Below are positions 11,576-24,200 of a stretch of DNA of 64,000 nucleotides, in pieces; the first letter of the stretch is position 1; the number at the start of each line of letters is the position of its first letter. The stretch is from Mantamonas sphyraenae STR306. Taxonomy: Eukaryota > Protista > CRuMs. The stretch lies in the NCBI GenBank assembly GCA_026936335.1, contig JAPMXV010000015.1:280481-344480 (forward strand), in the 5' to 3' direction. The notes beneath the pieces were generated by a model, which saw only the letters and a list, made by a program, of their open reading frames with translations, did not search any database and was not told where the DNA came from. The position numbers and the translations under genes are program-made.

Positions 11576-14500
11576 ATGTCACGGGCGTACACACAGGGTC
11601 AGCAAAGTCAAGGACAGGGGGCGAAGGAGGGCGGGATTGTGGTGCCGAAGCAGTATGCGTGGGTGGAAACGTGGATTCTGAACGATCAGGAAGTGCAGCT
11701 GTACTGCGGGGACTTTGTACAAGCCACGGGCAGTTGGGACGCAAAGATGTCTGGACAGCAGGCAGCACAGTTTTTGCAGAGCACAGGGGTGCCTGCACAG
11801 GTGCTTGGTCACATTTGGTAAGTGGCAGAGGCGCCAGAGGGAAAAGTGGGGTGGCGCAGCAGGAAAAGGGACGCGCGCAGAGAACGCTCGCCATTGCGTG
11901 AATGTTGGCAGGGTTAGGAAACGAGAGAGGGCTCCAAGCGGCAGGGCGTGGATGGCATACAGGAGAGTGGGTGTCATGGCTTGCTAACAGCCAGCGATGG
12001 GACACACAGGGAACTCAGTGACGTGGATCAGGACGGAGCAATGACGGTGGGGGAGTTTTGTCTGGCGTTTCACATGCTCAACCGTTACCGATTCAAGGGA
12101 GAGGTGCCACCGAACCAGCTGCCAGCAAACTGGGCTCCACCCATGCCAGAGACAACGTGGGAGGTGAGCGAAAACGACAAAAAGCGATACGAGGGGATGT
12201 ACCGAGAGTGGTACCAACATGCGGGCCAGGGACACGTGGAGTACGGCCTGTTTCCGGGACAAGCAGCCATGCAATATTTCAGTCAGTTTGGAGTGAATCA
12301 GATGTGGCTGGGACAAATTTGGCATCTGTGCGATCGGGATCAGAACGGCGTGCTCGATGCGGACGAATTTGTGCTTGCGATGAAGTTGGTGGAGGTCGCA
12401 CTCGCTGGGGTGGCGCCACCGGAGGAGCTCCCGTCCGGGTGGGTTGTGGAGAAAGAAGCAAAAGAGAAGCGCAAGAAAGCGGACCATGATTTCGGAGGAC
12501 TGGCGGCAGAGATGGCCGGCGAGGTGTTTGGGGAGCACAATGTGAAGGGAACCAAGTTTGATAGGGAGAGATATAACAAGGGACAGAGTGGATGGGAGAA
12601 ACCAGGCGGGAAAAAGGATGAGAAAGGGCAGGTGAGGAAGCAGGGAACTGGCGATGGCTGGGGACAAGGAAACATCCAGCAGCAGCAGCAGCAACGTGGA
12701 GGGATGCAGCAGCAGTTTACTGGAGATGGTTGGGGACAAGGGAACAACCAGCAGCAGCAGCAACGTGGAGGGATGCAGCAGCAGTTTACTGGAGATGGTT
12801 GGGGACAAGGGAACAACCAGCAGCAACAACGTGGAGGGATGCAGCAGCAGTTTACTGGAGATGGTTGGGGACAAGGAAACAACCAGCAGCAGCAGCAGCA
12901 ACGTGGAGGGATGCAGCAGCAGTTTACTGGAGATGGTTGGGGACAAGGAAACAACCAGCAGCAGCAGCAACGTGGAGGGATGCAGCAGCAGTTTACTGGA
13001 GATGGTTGGGGACAAGGAACAACAACCAGCAGCAGCAGCAACGTGGAGGGATGCAGCAGCAGTTTACTGGAGATGGTTGGGGACAAGGGAACAACCAGCA
13101 ACAGCAGCAACGTGGAGGGTTGCAGCAGCAGTTTACTGGAGATGGTTGGGGACAAGGGAACAACCAGCAGCAACAACGTGGAGGGATGCAGCAGCAGTTT
13201 ACTGGAGATGGTTGGGGACAAGGGAACAACCAGCAGCAGCAGCAACGTGGAGGGATGCAGCAGCAGTTTACTGGAGATGGTTGGGGACAAGGGAACAACC
13301 AGCAGCAGCAGCAGCAACGTGGCGGGATGCAGCAGCAGTTTACTGGAGATGGTTGGGGACAAGGGAACAACCAGCAGCAGCAGCAGCAACGTGGAGGGAT
13401 GCAGCAGCAGTTTACTGGAGATGGTTGGGGACAAGGGAACAACCAGCAGCAGCAGCAGCAACGTGGAGGGTTGCAGCAGCAGTTTACTGGAGATGGTTGG
13501 GGACAAGGGAACAACCAGCAGCAGCAGCAACGTGGCGGGATGCAGCAGCAGTTTACTGGAGATGGTTGGGGACAAGGGAACAACCAGCAGCAGCAGCAAC
13601 GTGGAGGGATGCAGCAGCAGTTTACTGGAGATGGTTGGGGACAAGGGAACAACCAGCAGCAGCAGCAACGTGGAGGGTTGCAGCAGCAGTTTACTGGAGA
13701 TGGTTGGGGACAAGGGAACAACCAGCAGCAGCAGCAACGTGGAGGGATGCAGCAGCAGTTTACTGGAGACGGTTGGGGACAAGGGAACAACCAGCAACAG
13801 CAGCAACCGCAGCAGAACACTTCCCAAAACAGCTTTGGGGGTGGATTTGATGGTGGTTTTGATGCGTTCGGGTCGAACAACAACGAGCAGCAGCAACCGC
13901 AGCAGCAGAACACTTCACAAAGCAGCTTTGGGGGTGGGTTCGATGGTGGATTTGACGGTGGCTTTGATGCATTCGGGTCGAACAACGACGAGCAGCAGCA
14001 ACCGCAGCAGCAGCAGAACACTTCACAAAGCAGCTTTGGGGGTGGATTTGATGGTGGCTTTGATGCGTTCGGGTCGAACAACAACGAGCAACAGCAGCAG
14101 CAGCAGCAGAAGGCATCCCAGAGCTCCTTCGACGGTGGCTTTGATGCATTCGGGTCTAACAACAACGAGCAGCAGCAACCGCAGCAGCAGAAGGCATCTC
14201 AGAGCTCCTTCGATGGTGGCTTTGATGCGTTCGGTTCGAACAACAACGAGCAGCAGCAGCAACAGCAGCAGAAGGCATCCCAAAGCTCGTTTGACGGGGG
14301 CTTTGATGCATTCGGGTCGAACAACAACGAGCAACCGCAACCGCAGCAGCAGAAGGCATCTCAGAGCTCGTTTGACGGTGGCTTTGATGCGTTCGGTTCG
14401 AACAACAACGAGCAGCAGCACCGCAACAGCAGAAGGCATCTCAGAGCTCGTTTGACGGTGGCTTTGATGCGTTCGGTTCGAACAACAACGAGCAGCAGCA

Positions 14501-16951
14501 ACCGCAGCAGCAGCAGCAGAACACTTCACAAAGCAGCTTTGGGGGTGGGTTCGATGGTGGATTTGATGGTGGTTTTGATGCGTTCGGTTCGAACAACAAC
14601 GAGCAGCAGCAGCAACAGCAGCAGAAGGCATCCCAAAGCTCGTTTGACGGGGGCTTTGATGCATTCGGGTCGAACAACAACGAGCAACCGCAACCGCAGC
14701 AGCAGAAGGCATCCCAAAGCTCGTTTGACGGTGGCTTTGATGCGTTCGGTTCGAACAACAACGAGCAGCAGCAACCGCAGCAGCAGAAGGCATCCCAAAG
14801 CTCGTTTGACGGTGGCTTTGATGCATTCGGGTCGAACAACAACGAGCAGCAGCAACCGCAGCAGCAGAAGGCATCTCAGAGCTCGTTTGACGGTGGCTTT
14901 GATGCGTTCGGTTCGAACAACAGCGAGCAGCAGCAACCACAGCAGCAGAAGGCATCCCAAAGCTTGTTTGACGGGGGCTTTGATGCATTCGGGTCGAACA
15001 ACAACGAGCAGCAGCAACCGCAGCAGCAGAAGGCATCCCAGAGCTCCTTCGATGGTGGCTTTGATGCATTCGGTTCGAACAACAACGAGCAGCAGCAACC
15101 GCAGCAGCAGAAGGCATCTCAGAGCTCGTTCGATGGTGGCTTTGATGCATTCGGGTCGAACAACAACGAGCAGCAGCAACCGCAGCAGCAGAAGGCATCT
15201 CAGAGCTCGTTCGATGGTGGCTTTGATGCATTCGGTTCGAACAACAACGAGCAGCAGCAACCGCAGCAGCAGAAGGCATCTCAGAGCTCGTTCGATGGTG
15301 GCTTTGATGCGTTCGGTCTAGCAACAACGAGCAGCAGCAACCGCAGCAGCAGAAGGCATCTCAGAGCTCGTTCGATGGTGGCTTTGATGCATTCGGGTCT
15401 AGCAACAACGAGCAGCAGCAGCAGCAGCAGAAGGCATCCCAGAGCTCGTTCGATGGTGGCTTTGATGCATTCGGTCTAGCAACAACGAGCAGCAGCAACC
15501 GCAGCAGCAGAAGGCATCTCAGAGCTCGTTTGACGGTGGCTTTGATGCGTTCGGTTCGAACAACAACGAGCAGCAGCAACCGCAGCAGCAGAAGGCATCT
15601 CAGAGCTCGTTCGATGGTGGCTTTGATGCATTCGGGTCGAACAACAACGAGCAGCAGCAGCAGCAGCAGAAGGCATCCCAGAGCTCCTTCGATGGTGGCT
15701 TTGATGCATTCGGTTCGAACAACAACGAGCAGCAGCAGCCAGCAGCAGCAGAAGGCATCTCAGAGCTCGTTTGAGGTGGCTTTGATGCAACACTTCGAAC
15801 AACAGCGAGCAGCAGCAACCACAGCAGCAGAAGGCATTTGAAGCTCGTTTGACGGTGGCTTTGATGCGTTCGGTTCGAGCAACAACGACGCAGCAGCAGC
15901 AACCGCAGCAGCAGAAGGCATCCCAGAGCTCCTTCGATGGTGGCTTTGATGCATTCGGTCTAACAACAACGAGCAGCAGCAGCCGCAGCAGCAGAAGGCA
16001 TCTCAGAGCTCGTTCGATGGTGGCTTTGATGCGTTCGGTTCGAACAACAACGAGCAGCAGCAGCAACAGCAGCAGAAGGCATCCCAAAGCTCGTTTGACG
16101 GGGGCTTTGATGCGTTCGGGTCGAACAACAACGAGCAGCAGCAACCGCAGCAGCAGAAGGCATCCCAAAGCTCCTTCGATGGTGGTTTTGATGCGTTCGG
16201 GTCGAACAACAACGAGCAACCGCAACCGCAGCAGCAGAAGGCATCTCAGAGCTCCTTCGACGGTGGCTTTGATGCGTTCGGTTCTAGCAACAACGAGCAG
16301 CAGCAGCAACAGCAGCAGAAGGCATCTCAGAGCTCCTTTGATGGTGGCTTTGATGCATTCGGGTCTAGCAACAACGAGCAGCAGCAACCGCAGCAGCAGA
16401 AGGCATCTCAGAGCTCCTTCGATGGTGGTTTTGATGCATTCGGGTCTAGCAACAACGAGCAGCAGCAACCGCAGCAGCAGAAGGCATCTCAGAGCTCCTT
16501 CGACGGTGGCTTTGATGCATTCGGGTCGAGCAACAACGAGCAGCAGCAACAGCAGCAGCAGAAGGCATCTCAAAGCTCGTTTGACGGGGGCTTTGATGCA
16601 TTCGGGTCGAACAACCAGCAGACGTCGTCGAAACAAGCCAACGTCAATCCCTCAACCACGAGCAAATCACCTGCGTCCTTCAAACACGGGACGGACACAC
16701 CGCTCACGAACAGGAGCCAGGAAGCGAAGAAGGATGCTTCATTTGACCCTTTCGCTACCTCGACGTCGTCGACGATGTCCTCAGCCAGCGCCAAGTCCGC
16801 CGCGCCGTTCAATCCTTTTGGAGCGCCAACCCCTCCCAAAGCATCTACCGCATCCTCGGACAGCGAACCCTTCAATCCATTCGCAAACAGCGCGCCCGCA
16901 AAGCAAGCTAAGCCCCAGCCTGCATCAGCCCCGTTCAACCCCTTTGCCTGA
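11576..16951 (+). CDS. EH-domain endocytic scaffold (Eps15/Pan1-like) with two tandem repeat arrays and C-terminal DPF/NPF motifs; intron 11818-12009
   Basis: Two EH domains (VPAQVLGHIW|ELSDVDQDGAMTVGEFCLAFH; LGQIWHLCDRDQNGVLDADEFVLAMKLV). The C-terminal frame reads SFDPFA..PFNPFG..PFNPFAN..PFNPFA* (TGA 16949-16951). Several indels inside the repeats shift the frame. Confidence 0.85.
12640..13800 (+). repeat. Coding tandem repeat A, about 17 units of 66-72 bp (QnRGG[M/L]QQQFTGDGWGQGNN)
   Basis: Recurrent cagcagcagtttactggagatggttggggacaagggaacaac. Unit length varies with the CAG count. Confidence 0.95.
13810..16620 (+). repeat. Coding tandem repeat B, roughly 35 units of about 80 bp (SQSSFDGGFDAFGSNNNEQQQPQQQKA)
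   Basis: Recurrent ggtggctttgatgc(a/g)ttcgg(g/t)tcgaacaacaacgagcagcag. Copy number is estimated from span divided by unit length. Confidence 0.95.
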
Positions 16952-17032
16952 AAGGTACCTGTAGAACACCCGTCTTTTTTGATTCAAACCATATTACATA
17001 CACAGACCCCACAACACACATTTTCGGTTCAA

Positions 17033-18130
17033 TCAAAATTTACTCACCGACAGACCACCGACCAATGTCCCGTCAGATGAATCATTCCAGCTGATGGTCG
17101 ATGCGATTCGATCGCTGCTGCTTGTTGTATATCCAACTGCGAGGCTCGGAGTGCGATGGGCCCAGTGCACATGGATGACATCGTCCTCTGAGGCCGCGTC
17201 GACAACAATCAGCCCAGCGTTTGCGCCGCTCGTGTCCAGTGCCTGTTCAACGGCCTGGCTACCATGTACAGCCAGGCATGTACGCAATGCCAGCTGTGCA
17301 CGCATGATATCCTCGCCCGTGCCTGTACACGACACCCCAACTCCGTTTTCTGCCCACACTCCCGCTCCGGGAAAGCCGGCCTCTCCCACACGCCCGCTTT
17401 GCTTCAGCCACAAGCCCCCCGACGAAACTGCTGCCGCTACACGTCCCTCGGAGTCCACACAAACAGCACCCACCGTGTCGTGATCTCCATGAAGCGTGTT
17501 GCTTGTCTCGCCCTCCTTCTCACCACCCAACCTACTACTTGTGCTACTGCTGGAGCTGCTGCTCTCTACACGTTGGCGTTTGGTGGCCTGGGCTCTGTCT
17601 TTGTCCCTTGCGTCCTCGTTGCCCTCCTCTTCCTCCTCCAACTTGCGCTTGTACTGCATCCACCGCACCTTTTGCTGAGCGGTGACGAGCGACGTTTGAG
17701 CAACCACACTTCCCTGTGCCATCCTGTCCTTGGACGCCCACTGCAGCGCCGCTTCCCCTGCCATCATGATGGGTGGCACCAATTGCCTGTGTGGTGGGTT
17801 GCGCTGAGCCTCCAGCAACGCAGCCACCAGTTCGGTTGGGTTCTGAATGTTGGGTACCGCTCCCACAGCTGCCATTTCACACGATGGAGCCAACATGAGA
17901 GCAGCATCCACTTCCACGTGTCCCTCCATGGTCAGATTGCTTCCCACTCCTGCGTTTGTGCTTGGATCATCTTCCAACACACGCATGGCCACCCGTACAA
18001 TCCCCTCGGGCGTTGCCTCCCCACCCAATGCCTGAGCTGCCTTACATGCTTTCTTCATGACCTGTACATGTGCCTTGCCCTCCTGTTCTCCATGTCTACC
18101 TGCACCTGTGTGCACCACCAGCACCCACAT
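17033..18130 (-). CDS. TASP1: Threonine aspartase 1 (taspase-1), Ntn-hydrolase of the type 2 asparaginase family
   Basis: VLVVHTGAG, LEDDPSTNAGVGSNLT..GHVEVDA, autocleavage site D-TVGAVCVD, SSGGLWLK..GRVG and CTGTGE motifs. Confidence 0.92.
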   Translation of the reverse strand: MWVLVVHTGAGRHGEQEGKAHVQVMKKACKAAQALGGEATPEGIVRVAMRVLEDDPSTNAGVGSNLTMEGHVEVDAALMLAPSCEMAAVGAVPNIQNPTELVAALLEAQRNPPHRQLVPPIMMAGEAALQWASKDRMAQGSVVAQTSLVTAQQKVRWMQYKRKLEEEEEGNEDARDKDRAQATKRQRVESSSSSSSTSSRLGGEKEGETSNTLHGDHDTVGAVCVDSEGRVAAAVSSGGLWLKQSGRVGEAGFPGAGVWAENGVGVSCTGTGEDIMRAQLALRTCLAVHGSQAVEQALDTSGANAGLIVVDAASEDDVIHVHWAHRTPSLAVGYTTSSSDRIASTISWNDSSDGTLVGGLSVSKF

Positions 18131-18274
18131 CGGAACCAAACCAGCAACCTTGTCTCGCCGATCGCTGCGCACCGCACCATCCACCCACACCCACACCCAC
18201 ACCCACAGGTGTGTTCCCTGTTCCCTGCTCGCTCTCCACCAATCCGTGTGCTTGAACACCATCCCCGTCTTCCT

Positions 18275-19385
18275 TCATTCATTTGCTTCCTCCAATGCAT
18301 CCTGCACCATCATCTCGCCTGTCGTGCTCAGCTGTACACAGATCTCCCTAGCAAACGAGGCAATCGTTTGATCGGTCATCATGGCCGGGTTGATCCCGGT
18401 CTGCTTCAGTTCCGTCAGCAGTTCCGCAATCAGCGTCTCTGCCGTCCTTCCTGCCAGCAGCACACCCTTGCTCCCATCCTCACTTCCCTCCTTTCCCAGT
18501 TGTTGTTGTTGTTGTTGTGCCTCCTTTGCCTTGGCCGCCTTCTTCTCCTCCAGTTCCTCCAAGAACGACTTGAGCTGATCCAACAGCTTCTTTGCCGTGG
18601 GCCTTCGCCGTGCCTGCTTCTGCAGACACGCCTGCATGATGGCCACCAGCTCCTCCCCGGCCATCTCCGAATCATACTCCAGCGGTGGAAACTCGGCCTC
18701 GCTCTCCTTGATCATGGCAATCTGTGCATACATGTTGGTGTGCTCAAACGGCTTCCTGCCGTACACCATCTCGTACAGGATGCAGCCCAACGACCAGATG
18801 TCTGTGCTCATGCGCAGCTTCTCCTTCTCAAACGCCTCTGGGGACATGTAGGAAATGGTGCCTGTGCACTGTTCCTGGATCACCGACGTCTTGTCGTCCA
18901 TGATCTGCTTGCTGATGCCAAAGTCAATCAGCTTCAGGGTGCGTCCCACATACACAAAGTTGGCCGGCTTCAGATCCCTATGGATGATGCTCTCCTCATG
19001 GATGGTGCCACTGCCTCCAGCATGGCCTGCCACACCGCAAAGATCGTCTCTACATCCTTGATGCTGTTGTCCTCCACGTCCCGCCTTCGCTTCAGCTCCG
19101 TGCGCAGGTCGTCGCCACCCAGCTCCAGTACCATGTACAGGAATCCGTCCTGCTTCTCCTCGCAGTCCACAAGTTGGATGATGTTGGCACACCCACGCAG
19201 CTTGTGCAGCGTGTCGATTTCCTCCTTCAAGGCACTCACGTCGCTGTCCTTCAGTTGCACCTTTTTCAGGGCATAATCCACCCCGTCGGCTCCACGTGCA
19301 CGGTACACCATGCTGGAACCCCCCTTGCCAATCTTGGCTTGCAGTTCGTACTCCTCCCCATTCACTGTCAAGCGAGGACGTCGTT

Positions 19386-19416
<31 letters not shown>

Positions 19417-19717
19417 TCGAACTGACGAAGACGTTGTGTTCACACTGGTGTTGCTGGTGTTGCTGCTGGAGTGCATGTCCTCCACACTCTTGCTGCGTCC
19501 CATGGGTCCACCAACACCACCCCGTCGGTGCTCATGATGGCTGCTCCCCTGGCTCCCATGGCTGCTCTCGCTTCCACCACTGTCCCTTCGTGTCGTGCTC
19601 TTGTCCCCTTCCTGGTCCTCTCCGTCCTCCTCTGCATCCATCCTCTTCCTTTGACGTTGCTTTTCGTGTTCATCACTCCTGCGCTTGGGCCGTCCTGCCA
19701 GTTTGGATGTGGCTCTG

Positions 19718-19757
<40 letters not shown>

Positions 19758-20734
19758 ACATGGATCCAATCCCTGCCACTTGCCCTTGCTGTTCGTATCC
19801 CTCTGTCGTCGTCGTCACCTTCCTGTTTGCCATCCTCGCTGCCGTTGCCGTTGTCGTGGTGGTGGTGGTGGTGGTATGTCCCATGTCCATCTCCTCCACC
19901 TGTTGCTTCAACTCCTCTGTTCGTGCTTTGCGTCGTTCCATCCTCTTCCTCTCCTCCTCCTCCTTCTGTGTCCGTTCCACCTCCTCCAATTTGCGTTCGC
20001 TCTCAGAGGTGGTTGCCCGCGTTGCCTTGGTCAATGACAACCCCGTCAACCTCATCCTGTTGCGTGTCTTTCGTGACCCTCGCTTCCCATTCACAGAGTC
20101 TGGCACATCTTTGGGAAGGTGCACCTTGTCCATCGTTCGCGAGCGTGCCTTTTCCGTCTTTCCCGTCGTATGGAACCCCGTTGCCTTGGCCAATGCCTCG
20201 TGCTCTTGTGCACTCCTGCGTGAGCTGGCCTTGGCTGCAGAGAGCGGTCCAAACCGGCGCATCGTTTCCTTCAGGCTGCTTTCCTCGTCGTCGGCCTCCC
20301 CCCCATTCTTCGTCTCGTCTGCGCTTCCGCCAAATACCTGTGTGTGGCCCGGTATCGTCATGTATGGAACCACCGAAGCATAAGAACATGGTGTCGTGCC
20401 CACGTGTGTGCGTATGCAGCAGGTTTGAAGAGTGTGCATGAGTGTGTTTGTGTGTCAGCGACTTGACGGGTGGCAGAGATGAACTTTTTGACCGTTTGCG
20501 GGAATTGGCGCCAGAAGAGCGAAAACTCACCTTTGCTCCTTTGATGGGGGTTTTGTAATCCATGTTGTCACTGCCGAGTCGCATGTTGTTCCTGTTGGCC
20601 AGTTGGGACACACCTGCGTGTGCATACCTCCTCTCGAATCCCGCAAGCGGGGTTTTTGCCTCGCGTGCCACTCGCGATGTTGCTGCTGACGGCGTCAGCA
20701 GATTCTCCTGGTCTTGGCTCGCTACGTATGCCAT
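18275..20734 (-). CDS. MPS1: Mps1/TTK spindle-checkpoint kinase; exon 1 20734-20531, exon 2 20337-18275
   Basis: VNGEEY..IGKGGSSMVY, WQAMLEAV.TIHEE.IIHRDLKPANF, LKLIDFGI..DKTSV, GTISYMSPEA and DIWSLGCILYEMVYG.KPF are characteristic of Mps1. One missing G near 19010 splits the kinase domain. Confidence 0.92.
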
Positions 20735-20760
20735 GTTGTCGTCAAAGATGAATGGTGCAA

Positions 20761-20765
<5 letters not shown>

Positions 20766-20793
<28 letters not shown>

Positions 20794-20803
20794 CTGTGTG
20801 TGT
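20766..20803. repeat. (TG)n microsatellite; related (CA)n tracts occur at 3343-3374, 6239-6267, 6417-6443 and 7170-7182
   Basis: Direct reading. The tracts lie in introns and intergenic spacers. Confidence 0.9.
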
Positions 20804-21212
20804 ATGAAGAGTTCGTGGTGTGTGTCTGCACGGACGACGACGATTTGGCTTGGCGACTGTAGCGCTGCCGCAGGCAGAGGCAATCAATTCCTCGCGCAAC
20901 ACAGTGTACGTGTTTGCTTCTGTGTTCTTCTCTCTCTCCCTCTCTCTCTCTCTGTGATTGTGTGTGTGTGCTTCGTCCATGTTTGTTCCCTTCGAGACAA
21001 CAGCTTTGCAACATCAAAACAAGCTTGCAAGTGTCGCCCTTGAATCGTGCTCCCTGCGTGTGCCCCTGTCCATATCTCTTCTTTATGCCACATGTGTCTT
21101 TTGTATGTATGCTTTTCCGATGCAGGTCTACCATCACTGGATGACAGTCCCAATGCCCTGTGTTTCCCCGCCACCTGTCCAGAAGCTCACTCCGAGATCA
21201 GACGCTTTTCGA

Positions 21213-24200
21213 ATGGGCGTTACCGGGAGCACGCGTGTGCTGTGGACACTGTGTGCGTTTCTGTGCGTGTGCACATGCAGTATGGGTGCGTGGACATGGC
21301 AGGAGAGCAGCTATGGAGTGTACCTGGACGATGCGGGGCGGGATGTTGCGCTTGCAAGCGACGGAACGTCGTTTCTTGCGGGAGTAACGCGCAGTGCGTT
21401 TCCAGGGAACACCAACATGGGTGGCGCGGACGCATACGTGATGCGTGTATCAGCCGATGGTACACGGGAATGGGTGCGTCAGTGGGGCAGCAGCCAGGAC
21501 GAGACGGTGGAAGGAGTGGCGTTGTGTGGCGATGGAAGCGTGTTTGTGGTCATGACAGCCCTGGGGCCTGTGGATGGCCAGAGTTTTCTGGGTCAGGATG
21601 ACATTGTGCTTACCAAATGGTATGGCAACGGCACAAAGGCATGGACATTGCAGTTTGGATCCAACAATCGGGATTTGGCTCGTGGCGTTGCCTGCGGTCA
21701 CGTCAGCTATGACGCCTACGTGTGTGGAGAGTCCTCTGGGTCTCCGTTCACCGGAGCCGGTGGCGGTGGGGCTACCAACGGAGCCGACGGCTTTGTGACT
21801 CGAGTCTCACCTGAAGGTTCGGTGGTGTGGACCATGATGGTGGTGGGCGCCGACGCAGACACGGCCAACGCCGTGGCTGTGGACAGCACAGATACAAATG
21901 TGTACGTGGGAGGCCAGAGCAAGAACCAGAAGATCGATGATTTCACAGGATCATACGCAGGGGGCTCCTACGACGGATGGGTGGCGGCGTACGGGACGAC
22001 CTTGGGCACATTCCAGTGGGGCCACATGGTGGGTTCTTCAGGGGATGACATGGTGCATGGGGTTACCGTGCCAGCGAGTGGAGGGGTGGTTGGGTGTGGG
22101 ACAACGAGTGGGACGATTGGGACACCAAGCAACGCTGGGAACACGGATGCGTTTGTGACCAGGTACAACCAGACTGGGGTGCAGTGGCAACGGATGCTGG
22201 GATCGACACAAACGGACGAAGGACACGCATGTGTGGCGTCGGGAGTGGTTGTGTATGTGGCAGGCGACACAAGCGGATCGATGGGAGGACAGACGCAGGG
22301 CACAGGCACAGATGCATTTGTGAGCAAAGTGAGTGTGGTGGACGGAACACCTCAATGGACACGGCAGGTTGCTGTGTTTGGAACTGCGACTGGTTTGGGC
22401 ATCGATGCCAATCTGGGACAAGTTGTTCTGGCAGGGAAGCAATCGCGCACACGGCCGTCACCAAACGACTTTCTGTGGGACGGGTATGTGCGCATGTGGT
22501 ACAGCAATGGTACTCTGGGTTGGGAAGCCTCTGTGGGTCAGACTGAAGGGTACATGGACGACCGAGCACAGGCAGTGACAGTAGCCGCAGATGCAGGCGT
22601 GGTGCTTGGGGTTGGATATGCGGTGGGAGGCATGCCAACCACAGGGGCAGCGTCCAGCAAGGCCAACCCATGGGTCAGTTGGTTGCACCCTGACACGGGC
22701 ATGCTGACACGAGCCGAAGAGGACGAAACCATCGACGCCCGGTCGTGGCTCCATGTGGGCATGCAGAGTGCTGACTATATGGTGCTGGCTGGAGAAGGTG
22801 GGTTCATTTGGGTGGGAGGCCAGGTCGATGGCACGCCAACAACCAATGTGGTGGTCAAACGAGTGCGTGTGAGCACGGGACTGATGGCATCGATCACCTC
22901 TCGACCGCTCGGGGCACTCGTTTCTGTCAACGGGGCGTGGTACACACAGAGCACAAATAAGGTCTACTTTGTGGGGTCGGCACCGAACACGCCGCCATTG
23001 CAGAGCCAAACCATGCTCGGGGGTTCCGATGGATTTGTGACGTCGTTCAACGTGGGCACAGAGTCCATTGAATGGACGCGCATCACCGGCTCTGCACAGG
23101 ATGACTCTGCCGTGGCGGTGACTGCGTCTTCGGATGGCGAGGCGGTGTTTGTTGTGGCAATGTCAAACGCAGGCGCTGGGACGGTGCATGGACAACCGAC
23201 GGTGGGTGGATTTGACCCATTTGTGGTGCGCTACCACAGCAACGGAACACGTGCGTGGGTGCGTCTGTGGGGAACCGCAGTCAACGACATACCCGGGGCA
23301 GTTGCACTGTCACCGGATGGCACACGTTTGTTCGTCGGAGGGAGAACAAGCGGAGTGATTGGCGACGAAGGAGGAATCAACGCAGGCGGGGATGACGCAT
23401 GGGTGAGCATGTTGTGGGCATCCAATGGGACATTGGCATGGACGCACCAGTACGGGTCGTCGGGAAGCGACAACGTGAATTCCATGTGGGCGACAGCACG
23501 TGGTGTGTTTGTGGCAGGCACGACCGGGAACAGCATGCACGGGGCAACGCATCAGGGCCTGAACGATGTGTTTGTGCTCTTTGTGGCCAGGAACGCGTGA
23601 ATGGACACGGCAGTGGGGTACGGGCGCAAGTGACACGACCACAGGAGTGGCACTGGGCAACCGAGGCAACCTGGTGGTGAGTGGATACTCACGGGGTGTG
23701 TTCAACACCTCTCGCAATCTGGGCGGCACAGAGTCTTCGTTTGTGTCGTCGGTAGCGGTGCAGTGTGCGCCGGGAAGCGAATCAGCAGGGCAGGGGATGG
23801 GCCAGGACGATGTGGCGTGTGCGCAGTGTGTGGCAGGCAAGGCGAGCCTGGCATACGGGGAGGAGTGCCAAGCATGTGGCAAGGGCACGTACACAGGCAC
23901 AGGAGGGCAGAGTGCATGCTCGGCGTGTGACGCAGGTACGTTTAACAATGTGACTGGGAGCACAGGGTGCACAGGATGTGGCATCGGCACATACAGTCCT
24001 TCAGGAGCGAGTGCGTGTGTGGACTGCCCCATGGGCTCGTTTGGCAACAGCAGTGCGTTGGGTGCATGTCTTTTGTGCCCACCCAACACGTACAACAACC
24101 AAACGGGCCAGACAAGTGAGACCGCGTGTCTTGCTTGTCCTGCAAATGTGTCGAGTCTCGCGGGAAGTTCGTCGTGTGGCACGTGTCTCCATGGCTCAGT

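Noticed and set aside
12640-16620. CRISPR-like or non-coding repeat array
   Set aside because: No unique spacers. Units are near multiples of three, vary at synonymous positions and lie inside an EH-domain ORF in a eukaryote.
11984-16636. Long antisense and alternative-frame ORFs (poly-Cys, poly-Leu, poly-Ser)
   Set aside because: Shadows of the stop-free CAG-rich repeats.
17264-19276. 670-aa + strand ORF and similar long ORFs opposite real genes (9788-11116, 42928-45240, 56417-58564)
   Set aside because: Antisense shadows expected from high GC and biased codon use, with no domain motifs.
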